From Gemmatimonadota bacterium (lineage in GTDB: Bacteria; Gemmatimonadota; Gemmatimonadetes; Longimicrobiales; RSA9): 64,000 nucleotides of DNA. The DNA lies in NCBI GenBank assembly GCA_039715185.1, contig JBDLIA010000008.1, positions 4,207 through 68,206 of the forward strand, written 5' to 3'. This document shows, piece after piece, positions 28,658 to 36,649 of this stretch (its first letter is position 1; every line of letters begins with the position of its first letter). Position numbers and translations under genes: made by a program. The notes below the pieces were generated by a model that made no database searches, had not been told where the DNA came from, and saw only the letters and a list, made by a program, of their open reading frames with translations.

Positions 28658-29921
28658 GATCCTGATCGTCCTGCAGCGCGAGTTTCTGGAGCGCGTGCGA
28701 TCGCGGGCCTTCCTCATCGGCACGCTCGCCTTTCCGCTGCTGTTCATCGCGCTCATGGCGATGCCGGCCATGGTCGAGGACAGGGCCGAGCAGAGGCGCA
28801 TCGTGGTCGTCGACGACGCCCCCGCGGGCGTGGGCGAGCGCTTCGAGCAGATCCTTACGGCCGAGCGCGAGGACGGGGCCGCCAACAGCTACGACGTCGA
28901 ACGCACGGGCGGGACGTTCGCCGACCGGCGTGAGGAGCTGAACGCGCGCGTCCTGGACGAGACGATCGACGGTTGGGTGGCGCTCCCCGCGGGCGTGCTG
29001 GAGGACAACCTGATTCACTTCCGCGCCAGCAACATCGCCAACCGCACGGTGCTTCGGGATCTGCGCAACGCCGCCAGCCAGGCGGTGCAGTCGGTCCGGC
29101 TGGAGAGAGCCGGCCTGGACGTGGCGGAGATCGCTTCGCTCGTGCGCAGCGTGGACGTCGATGAAGCGCAGATCACCGCCAGCGGAGAGGAGGGCGGCGG
29201 AGCGTTCTCCACGTTCTTCTTCGCCTACGGCGTGACCTTCCTGATCTACTTCATCACCTTCTTTTACTCGCTCGCGGTGATGCGCAGCGTGCTGGAGGAA
29301 AAGACGAACCGTATTTCGGAGGTGCTCGTCAGCTCCGTGCCCGCGAGCAGGCTCCTGGCGGGCAAGATCATGGGGGTCAGCGCCGCCGCCATCCTCCAGG
29401 TGGGAATCTGGGTGGGGATCGTGACCCTCGCGGTGAGCCGATCCGACACCCTGATCGAGCGCTTCGGGATCCCCGCGGAGGTGTTCGCGGCGATGAGCAT
29501 AGACCCCCTGACGCTGGCCCAGTTCCTCAGTTTCTTCCTGCTGGGATTCGTCCTCTACTCGTCTCTCTTCGCGGGGCTCGGCGCGGCGGTCACCTCCGAG
29601 CACGAGGCGCAGTCCTATCAGTTCATCCTGCTGATTCCGCTGATCCTGCCGCTGCTATTCCTGAGCGCGATCACCGGGGAGCCCACGGGCCGCATCGCCA
29701 CCACCCTGGGGCTGATCCCGTTCACCGCGCCCATCGCCATGCCGATGCGAATCGCGTCCGCGCCCATACCGGCGTGGCAGATCGCCGGCTCGCTGCTCGG
29801 GATTCTCCTCGCGGCGACGGTCGTGGCCTGGATCGCCGGCAAGATCTACCGGGTCGGGATGCTCGCCACGGGCCGCAAGGCGTCGCTTCGGGATCTGAGG
29901 CGCTGGCTGCGCGCAACCTAG
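28650..29921 (+). CDS. ABC-2 family transporter permease (NatB-like)
   Basis: 423 aa. One N-terminal TM, a large extracytoplasmic loop, then five C-terminal TMs. Overlaps the ATPase gene by 8 nt. Confidence 0.8.
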   Translation: MREILIVLQREFLERVRSRAFLIGTLAFPLLFIALMAMPAMVEDRAEQRRIVVVDDAPAGVGERFEQILTAEREDGAANSYDVERTGGTFADRREELNARVLDETIDGWVALPAGVLEDNLIHFRASNIANRTVLRDLRNAASQAVQSVRLERAGLDVAEIASLVRSVDVDEAQITASGEEGGGAFSTFFFAYGVTFLIYFITFFYSLAVMRSVLEEKTNRISEVLVSSVPASRLLAGKIMGVSAAAILQVGIWVGIVTLAVSRSDTLIERFGIPAEVFAAMSIDPLTLAQFLSFFLLGFVLYSSLFAGLGAAVTSEHEAQSYQFILLIPLILPLLFLSAITGEPTGRIATTLGLIPFTAPIAMPMRIASAPIPAWQIAGSLLGILLAATVVAWIAGKIYRVGMLATGRKASLRDLRRWLRAT

Positions 29922-30178
29922 GCACGGCGCGGATATCGGGCGAAATCGTTGCTCCGGAGCCATCTTGGGATTAGCTTTTTTGCATGCCTGGCTTCTCCCC
30001 CTTGCCCGGCAAGTAGCCACACATAAGCTGGACCGGTAGTCGGCGGTTCGAGTGACCGCGGGGTCGGCGTGCGCGTCGAATCTCCGCGGGGATGTTGCTC
30101 GGTTCGCCCGCGGCAAGGGCGTAGGGATAGCCGTTCGGTTAGTGCCGCTTGCGGCCGGCCGACGCGAAGGAGGATGAG

Positions 30179-30403
30179 ATGCCAGTACCCACCAAGGGCA
30201 TTGTGGCCCATACGAGGGCATTCTGGCTAGATGAGGCTGGGCAGGATCTGACCGAGTACGCGTTCCTGCTGGCCATTCTGGCGCTCGCGATCGTGGTGAT
30301 GCTGCTCAACTTTCGCGATACGATTGCCAAGGTCATCGGGCAGGCGACGGACTGCCTGAACGCGGTGGAGACCAACAATCCGGGCAGTTGTCCGGGGGGG
30401 TAG
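30179..30403 (+). CDS. flp: Flp/Fap family type IVb pilin precursor
   Basis: Motif EAGQDLTEYAFLLAILALAIVV matches the Flp G/xxxxEY processing motif followed by a hydrophobic helix. AAGGAGGA lies 5 nt upstream of ATG 30179. The track ORF starts earlier, at 30149. Confidence 0.8.
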   Translation: MPVPTKGIVAHTRAFWLDEAGQDLTEYAFLLAILALAIVVMLLNFRDTIAKVIGQATDCLNAVETNNPGSCPGG

Positions 30404-30429
30404 GGACTCGCGCTGACCGGCTGTACCAG

Positions 30430-30460
30430 ACGGCCGCTCCAGTAAGGAGCGGCCGTTTTG
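30430..30460 (+). terminator. Intrinsic terminator downstream of flp
   Basis: Perfect 11-bp stem ACGGCCGCTCC / GGAGCGGCCGT with loop AGTAA, followed by TTTTG. Confidence 0.65.
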
Positions 30461-30478
30461 CGTGGAGAAGCGGCCCCC

Positions 30479-32197
30479 CTAGCCGTCGTCAGATTCGGGC
30501 GACGAGCGGCCCCGCCATGCGGCCTGAAACCGTACCTCGACCGCGCGTGCCTCGGCGTCTCGCCCCTGCGCCTGGAGGCTGCGCTGAAGCCCGAACAGCG
30601 CCCAGCCGTTCTCGGCGTCGCGCCGCAGCGCCTCGCGGTACACGCGCTCCGCTTCTTCGGCCCGCCCGGCCTGGCGCAGGGCCCTGCCGAGGTCCACGCG
30701 CACCGGCGTGGGCCAGTCCGAGGGCTCCATGTGGCCCAGTGCATCCTCCAGCTCGGTCGCGCGGCCGTACGCCGCCGCGGCGGCGTCCCACTGGCCCAGC
30801 GCCGCGGCGATGTCGCCATCGAGCACCAAGCCGGCGATCTCGAGCAGGTCCGTCACCGGATTGACCATGGCCCGGTCACTGCCAGCCGCCCCGGCCGCAG
30901 CAGCCCGCAGGCTGTCCAGCGTGACCCTGGCCCCGTCCACATCGCCCAGAGCCGCCAGAGCGCTGCCCCTGGTCATGTGCCAGACACCTTGCACGTACGG
31001 CGGTAGATCGGGCGGCGGCAGCGTGCCCAGGATGTCCTCCCAGCGACCGAACCGGCGCAGCGCGAGCCAGCCGCGCACCGCGCGGGCCTGCGTGACGCCG
31101 TCGCGCAGGCGCTCGGGCGTAAGCACGCCGGTGGCGTCCCGGGCGAACCGCAGCGCAGGGGGCGCCATGCCCAGCCGCAGTGCGGCCAGGTACAGGATGT
31201 CGTTCGCGTGCGCCGTGTGCGCGAGCGGCGAAAGCCCATAGGTAACGCCGTCCGTGGGAGGGGCGCTCTCACCCCAGGCCTCGGCCAGCATCGCGTCCGC
31301 CGCGATCGACGCGCGGTTGAGCTGCATGGCTCGCACGTATCGCCCAGTCCGCAGGTAAATGTGGGATGCAACGTGCACCAGGTGCCCGGCTCCGGGCGCC
31401 AGCCCACGCAGGGCATCGGCCTTGGGCAGCGCCGACTCTGGCTCGGGGGATCGCTCCAGCAAGCGCACGACGAAGTGGTGCGCGCCGGGGTGCTCTGGGG
31501 CCGATGCGATCGCGGCTTCGAGCGCTTCCCGCGCCTCCTGGGTCCCCGTGGCCGGCTCGCCCGTGGCCGTCCAGTAGGTCCACGGAGAGCGCATCATCAG
31601 GGCCTGCGCCAACAGCGCGGCCGCGTCCGGGTCGTCCGGGCTGGCCACGCGCGCCCGTCGTAGCCCCTCCACGTACGCGGAGTCGGCCGCGGGGCGGCTC
31701 CGACCGTCGGCGTAGCGCTCGGCCATGGCGTCGATGAGCGCCTGGTCCGCGTCGCTGGCGCCGCCCCTCGCGGCCGCCGCGCGCGCCGCGGCCGCGGCGG
31801 CGCCGGCGGGGTCATCGGGCATCCCCAGGTAGCGACTGGTCGGGTTCGGGCCGAGCGCGAGCGCCAGCCCCCAGTACGCCATGGCACAGCCGTCGTCCAG
31901 GCGGATGGCCTCCCGAAACGACGCCGCCGCCTCGGCCGCGTAGTAGGCATACCCCAGGCGCAGGCCCTGGTCGAAGTACGCCACCGCCTCGGTGCCGCAC
32001 CCGGCGATCGAGCGCCGATAGTCGCCGAGGCCGAGGCCCTCCAGGAGCGGGGCGAGCGCGTCCGCGCCAGGCGGCGAAACGTCCGCGGGGAGCGGCGCCG
32101 GCCGGGTCGGCGCCGGGGGCCGGGTCTGGGCACCCGAGCAGGAGGCGGCCAGGGCGACACCGAAGGCCGCGCCGGCCAGGGAAGTTGTGATCCTCAT
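30479..32197 (-). CDS. TPR-repeat lipoprotein
   Basis: 572 aa. Lipobox GVALAASC. Multiple TPR-like helices throughout. Confidence 0.7.
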   Translation of the reverse strand: MRITTSLAGAAFGVALAASCSGAQTRPPAPTRPAPLPADVSPPGADALAPLLEGLGLGDYRRSIAGCGTEAVAYFDQGLRLGYAYYAAEAAASFREAIRLDDGCAMAYWGLALALGPNPTSRYLGMPDDPAGAAAAAARAAAARGGASDADQALIDAMAERYADGRSRPAADSAYVEGLRRARVASPDDPDAAALLAQALMMRSPWTYWTATGEPATGTQEAREALEAAIASAPEHPGAHHFVVRLLERSPEPESALPKADALRGLAPGAGHLVHVASHIYLRTGRYVRAMQLNRASIAADAMLAEAWGESAPPTDGVTYGLSPLAHTAHANDILYLAALRLGMAPPALRFARDATGVLTPERLRDGVTQARAVRGWLALRRFGRWEDILGTLPPPDLPPYVQGVWHMTRGSALAALGDVDGARVTLDSLRAAAAGAAGSDRAMVNPVTDLLEIAGLVLDGDIAAALGQWDAAAAAYGRATELEDALGHMEPSDWPTPVRVDLGRALRQAGRAEEAERVYREALRRDAENGWALFGLQRSLQAQGRDAEARAVEVRFQAAWRGRSSPESDDG

Positions 32198-32225
32198 GAA
32201 CGGTCCGAGGAAGGCGTCGAAAGAA

Positions 32226-32304
32226 TGGGCGTTGAGGGATTCGAACCCTCGACCACCTGCTTGTAAGGCACTCTCTGGGCGCTCGCTCGCGCTAGCCTGC
32301 GCCC
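32226..32304 (-). pseudogene. Degenerate tRNA-Val(TAC)-like sequence (good 3' half, broken acceptor/D/anticodon stems)
   Basis: Minus strand reads GGGCGCAGGCTAGCGCGAGCGAGCGCCCAGAGAGTGCCTTACAAGCAGGTGGTCGAGGGTTCGAATCCCTCAACGCCCA. The T-arm and anticodon loop CTTACAA are intact. Only 5/7 acceptor pairs and 3/5 anticodon-stem pairs form, and there is no canonical D-arm. Confidence 0.6.
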
Positions 32305-32664
32305 ATTTTACAACAACTTACGGGATTTCGCGCTCGCTCCCGCTTGCTCGCGACAGAGGGTTTGACACCGGCAACGACACCGGGTTTGGCCAAGTCGCGG
32401 GACATCAGTTGGGACACGGTCGAACCCCGTCCGTGAGGGCCGAGGATGCACCGGAGCCCCCGAGACAAAGCGGATCGCGGCCTCTCCCAACTGCTCTGAA
32501 AAAACTTCCAGGGATCATGATACCAGGTCTCGCTCTCAAAGCCGCATTTTCGCCCTGATTCCGCTCCGCCAGGGGACATTCCGGGGGTTCGGCCCAAGGG
32601 AACGGGCCTTGCACACCATTGCTCGCGAATGAGAATGAATCGCTGACCGGAAGGGAATCTGCAC

Positions 32665-33087
32665 ATGAAGACGCGCTTGATCTGGATGGCAGCTGCGGCG
32701 GGGCTCGTGCTCTCGGCCTGCGGCGACGATGGCAGTGGCATCGAGGCTCAGGATCTGCGGGGTTCGTGGTCGGCCACGATATACCAGTTGACAGACGACG
32801 CCGACGGACAGAACCAGGTCGATCTGATCCAGCGGGACGGAGCGAGCTTCACCCTGACGGTGGACGCGGCGGGCGTCGCCAGCACCGTCTTCGACGACGG
32901 CGTCGGAGGAACGAGTTCGGACTCCGGCACGCTCGACTCGACCGGCACGACGCTCACGCTGAGCGGCACACCGTTCACCGCGGTCAGGGCCGGCGACGTG
33001 CTGACGCTGAACGACTTCGACGCGTCCTTCGACTTCGGCAGCGGTATGACCGCAGCCTCGCTGCTGATCGTGATGAGCCGGAACTAG
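32665..33087 (+). CDS. Small lipoprotein, hypothetical (beta-rich, lipocalin-like size)
   Basis: 140 aa with lipobox AAGLVLSAC. Thr/Asp/Gly-rich beta-like sequence. Confidence 0.6.
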   Translation: MKTRLIWMAAAAGLVLSACGDDGSGIEAQDLRGSWSATIYQLTDDADGQNQVDLIQRDGASFTLTVDAAGVASTVFDDGVGGTSSDSGTLDSTGTTLTLSGTPFTAVRAGDVLTLNDFDASFDFGSGMTAASLLIVMSRN

Positions 33088-33154
33088 TGTACCGTCGCAC
33101 ACTAGATCGTCGGGGCGAGCCCGGCTTCTTTCCGGGGGCCTCGTTTGCAAGACA

Positions 33155-33200
33155 TGGGCGCTGAGGGATTCGAACCCCCGACCTCCTGCTTGTAAGGCAA
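33155..33200 (-). pseudogene. 3'-half remnant of tRNA-Val(TAC) (anticodon arm to acceptor end), att-like direct repeat
   Basis: Minus strand reads GTTGCCTTACAAGCAGGAGGTCGGGGGTTCGAATCCCTCAGCGCCCA with no matching 5' half upstream. It shares an identical 20-nt stretch with the intact tRNA at 39862..39936. Confidence 0.6.
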
Positions 33201-33430
33201 CACCGGCGCATCCTACAGACGCCAGATCGCCGCGCCAACCCTGGCTATCTGCGTCCCCGGCGTCCGCTGGCGTCGGTACCCGTCCGTGTAGTTTGTCACC
33301 ACGGCTGGCACCGCGTCTAGCGGGTAGGGTGGTCGAAGGGGTCGCATTCGAACCGACCCACCCCGTGGGCTGACCATCCGGGCGTCTGCCGAGTTTGACT
33401 CGCCGGCCACGGCCCGTCATCATCGGCGCG

Positions 33431-33778
33431 ATGCGATTCCGTCGGACGACCCGCGTGGCCGCGTGCTGGTGCCTACTGTCCCTACTGGGGGTTCTGGCCA
33501 CCGGACTGCCCACGCACCACCACGAAGTAGCCGCGAGCGAACTGCGCGAGGAGGGTCAGAGGGCCGCGCCCCTGCATCATTCGCACGGCAGCGAGCTCGT
33601 CGAGCAGGATGAGCGGGTGGTATCGAGCGGCCCCCTGGTCGTTTTCGACGCGATCGAGGTCGGCTTTCTCATGCGGACGACGTCTGTCCCGCTGCCGGTC
33701 GCGGTCACGGCGCCCATTCGTCCCACCGGGCGTGCCCCGCCGCCCGTCGCTCCCCGTGCCCCGCCCCTGACCGTCTGA
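33431..33778 (+). CDS. Small His-rich exported protein upstream of metal efflux operon, hypothetical
   Basis: Start trimmed to MRFRRTTRVAACWCLLSLLGVLATG (signal-like). Contains His clusters THHHE and HHSHG. Its position directly upstream of the czc-type genes suggests metal binding, which is inference. Confidence 0.45.
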   Translation: MRFRRTTRVAACWCLLSLLGVLATGLPTHHHEVAASELREEGQRAAPLHHSHGSELVEQDERVVSSGPLVVFDAIEVGFLMRTTSVPLPVAVTAPIRPTGRAPPPVAPRAPPLTV

Positions 33779-33880
33779 TCTCTCCGGCCACCCGGCCGGC
33801 CACCTCCGTACATCCGTGAAGGAACGACATACGCCCCTCCGGTGAGGGACGAACCGACTGCGGGAGTCTGGCCCGTGCAC

Positions 33881-35140
33881 ATGACTTTGCGATCGACCAT
33901 CTTCGCCGCTACGGCCCTGCTCGCGCTGGCCGCGCCCGCGGAATCGCAGCAGCCGCGCCGCGTCACGCTTGCCGAAGCGCTGGACCTCTTCGCGCGCAAC
34001 AGCCTGGAGCTCAGTCTCGGGCGAGCACAGGCGGCCGAAGCCATGGCGCTTGCGCGTCAGGCGGCGGCGTTCCCGAACCCTGCCGTCGCGACCACACACG
34101 AGCCCCTATCCGACGGCACCGAAGACTACTCGGAGACGTACGTCATGCTGAGTCAGCGACTGGAGTGGCCCGGCGCACGGGCGGCCCGGCGTGCGGCGGC
34201 CTCGGGTACAGCAGACGCGGCGGTCGCGCGGTTCGTTGCGGACAGTTCCCGCCTCGCTTTCGAGGTGAAGCGCGCATTCACCGAAGCCGCGCGCGCCGAG
34301 CGCGTGGAACGCGTGTTGGAGCGCGTGACATCGGTGTTCCGGGAAGGTGCGCGGAGCGCAGAGGTCAGGTACGCCGAGGGCGACATCTCGCTCTACGACA
34401 GCCGCCGAATCCGGGTCGAACGGGCCAAATACGAGACGCTGCTGGCGGAGGCCACGCTCGAGGCGTCAGCTGCGCGCCGGCGGCTGGCGCTTCTCGTGGC
34501 GCCCGTGGCAGAAGCCCTGGAACTCTCGCCCGCCGACTCTCTGGACGGCCTGCCCCCGGCGATCGCCGCCGAGCACGTACTGGAGGACGCCCTCGCCCGG
34601 CGAAGCGACATCGCCGCGGCGGACGCCGCGCTCGAGTCGGCGCGCGCGGGTGCGACGGCCGTCCGCCGCGAGCGCATCCCCGACGTTACGGCCACGGTGG
34701 GCTACAAGACGCAGTCGGACGGATTCGGAGGCGCGTTTCTAGGGCTGTCACTGCCGCTGCCTTTGTGGGACCGCAGGGGCGGCGCGGTCGCGGCAGCCGA
34801 CGCGCGCCTGCAAGCAGCACAATCGCGCCGCTCCCTGGTCCGTCGTCAGGTCGAAAACGATATGCGGCGCGCGTTGGAGGCCTACAGATCGCTGCGGCGG
34901 CGGGTCGAGTTGCTCGCCGAGTCTCGACCGGACGAGGGCGCCGACCTGCTGGCGATCGCTCGCGCGGCGTACGCGGAGGGAGAGTTGGAGTTGATCGCGC
35001 TGTTCGATGCGGCGGAGGCCCTGCTGGAAGCGCAGACCGCCGAGGTGAGCCTGCGCGCGGACCTGTGGACCGCTTACTACGACATTGAACGTGCCGCCGG
35101 GGGCTTCGACGGCTCGTTGGACCGAGGAGATGACCGATGA
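33881..35140 (+). CDS. TolC-family outer membrane efflux protein (CzcC/CusC-like)
   Basis: Start trimmed to MTLRSTIFAATALLALAAPAESQQ (signal peptide). Two-repeat helical OMF-like sequence. Stop overlaps the next gene's start (35137-35140). Confidence 0.8.
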   Translation: MTLRSTIFAATALLALAAPAESQQPRRVTLAEALDLFARNSLELSLGRAQAAEAMALARQAAAFPNPAVATTHEPLSDGTEDYSETYVMLSQRLEWPGARAARRAAASGTADAAVARFVADSSRLAFEVKRAFTEAARAERVERVLERVTSVFREGARSAEVRYAEGDISLYDSRRIRVERAKYETLLAEATLEASAARRRLALLVAPVAEALELSPADSLDGLPPAIAAEHVLEDALARRSDIAAADAALESARAGATAVRRERIPDVTATVGYKTQSDGFGGAFLGLSLPLPLWDRRGGAVAAADARLQAAQSRRSLVRRQVENDMRRALEAYRSLRRRVELLAESRPDEGADLLAIARAAYAEGELELIALFDAAEALLEAQTAEVSLRADLWTAYYDIERAAGGFDGSLDRGDDR

Positions 35141-36639
35141 TGAACGCGAGCCCTCAGGGAGGGCGGGCGGCCCGCAGGCTGGTAGCGGCGATCGCGTTTG
35201 CCGCCCTCGCTCCAGCGGGATGCGCCGTGGCGCCGGAGCCCCAAGCCGATGAGCCCGGCAGCGTGGTGGTGACCCAGTGGAACGACTCGACGGAGCTGTT
35301 CCTGGAATACCCGCATCTCCTGGCGGGGGAGCCCACGGGGAACTGGGCGATCCACCTGACCGACATGCAGGACTTCAAGCCGATCAGGGCGGGCGCGCTG
35401 ACCGTGCGCTTTCTGGACGGCCCCGCCGCGCAGAGGTTCACCGTCGCGGATGTAGCCCGAGACGGGATCTTCCTGCTCGATCCCGTCGTCGAGCGGCCCG
35501 GCACGTACACGGTCGAGCTGACCCTGGAGAGCCCGCAGGCTCGCAGCCGCCACGTCCTGTCCGAGGTGAAGGTGTACGCGGATGAGGGGGAGCTTCCGCG
35601 AGCGGAAGAGGAGGCCGCCGGCGGCATCGCGTTCCTCAAAGAGCAGCAGTGGCAGATCCCGTTCGCGGTCACGGCGGTCGGGGAGGAAACGGTGCGGCGT
35701 ACGGTCGCGGCACCCGGGGAGATCGTCGCCCCCGACGGCGCGCTCGTGCTGGTGAGCGCACCCGTCGATGGAATCGCCGCGGCCGGCGCTAACAGGAGCG
35801 CGCCGTCGGTAGGGCAGACCGTGCGCGCGGGTCAGGTCCTGGCAGTGTTGTCGCCCACCACTCAGGAGGGTGGCTTCGCGCAGATCAGGGCGAGCGTCGA
35901 GCGGCTCGAGCGCGAAGTGGCCCGAGCGGAACGCCTCTACGAGGCCGGTGCCATCGCCGAAAAGCGGCTCGAGGAAGCGCGCCACGACCTGGCGGTGACG
36001 CGAGCGCAGGCCGCGTCCCTGGGGGCTTCGGGGACGGCTGGAGACTACCTACTGCGCATCACCTCGCCCATCTCGGGCGTGGTCGCGCGCCGGGCCTTCG
36101 TACCCGGCGGGCGGGTGGCCGCGGGCGAGTCGCTCTTCACGATCGTAGACCCTCGCAACGCGTGGCTGCGCGCTCACGTCCCTGCCTCCGTTGCGGCCTC
36201 GGTCCCGGCTGACGCCACGGCCTTCTTCACGGTGGAGGGCGATGAAGCGATCCACGAGACGGCGCGTCTGATCTCCGTCGGTAGCGTCCTGGATCCCGAG
36301 ACGCGCACGGTCCCGGTGACCTTTCTGCTGGCGGACGGCGGCCGGCCGATCGCCTTCGGCCAGCTCGCCCAGGCCGCCGTCCCCACCGGCGACGCCGTCA
36401 CTGGGATCGTGATTCCGAATCGCGCCATCATTGACGACAACGGCACACCCGTCGCCTATGTGCAGGCGGGCGGAGAGACCTTCGAGCGCCGAGTCCTCAC
36501 ACTCGGGGCCACCGACGGGGCAGTTACCCAGGTGGTGGCAGGGATCGACAGCGGGGAGATGGTCGTGACGACCGGCGCGTATCAGGTGCGTCTGGCATCC
36601 ATGTCCGGCGGCGATTTCGCCGGCGGCCACGCGCACTGA
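35137..36639 (+). CDS. Efflux RND periplasmic adaptor (CzcB/CusB-like membrane fusion protein)
   Basis: 500 aa with lipobox-like ALAPAGC. Barrel-sandwich hybrid/hairpin signatures (ERLEREVARAERLYEAGAIAEKRLEEAR). Operonic with the RND pump. Confidence 0.85.
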   Translation: MMNASPQGGRAARRLVAAIAFAALAPAGCAVAPEPQADEPGSVVVTQWNDSTELFLEYPHLLAGEPTGNWAIHLTDMQDFKPIRAGALTVRFLDGPAAQRFTVADVARDGIFLLDPVVERPGTYTVELTLESPQARSRHVLSEVKVYADEGELPRAEEEAAGGIAFLKEQQWQIPFAVTAVGEETVRRTVAAPGEIVAPDGALVLVSAPVDGIAAAGANRSAPSVGQTVRAGQVLAVLSPTTQEGGFAQIRASVERLEREVARAERLYEAGAIAEKRLEEARHDLAVTRAQAASLGASGTAGDYLLRITSPISGVVARRAFVPGGRVAAGESLFTIVDPRNAWLRAHVPASVAASVPADATAFFTVEGDEAIHETARLISVGSVLDPETRTVPVTFLLADGGRPIAFGQLAQAAVPTGDAVTGIVIPNRAIIDDNGTPVAYVQAGGETFERRVLTLGATDGAVTQVVAGIDSGEMVVTTGAYQVRLASMSGGDFAGGHAH

Positions 36640-36649
36640 GGGGGCCACC

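Noticed and set aside
29988-30005. Sigma54-like promoter CTGGCTTCTCCCCCTTGC upstream of flp
   Set aside because: The GG-to-GC spacing is 12 nt instead of the required 10. Not supported.
32226-32304. Calling the 79-nt tRNA-like sequence a functional second tRNA-Val
   Set aside because: The acceptor stem has two terminal mismatches, the anticodon stem forms only 3 pairs and no canonical D-arm can be drawn. It is treated as a pseudogene or att remnant.
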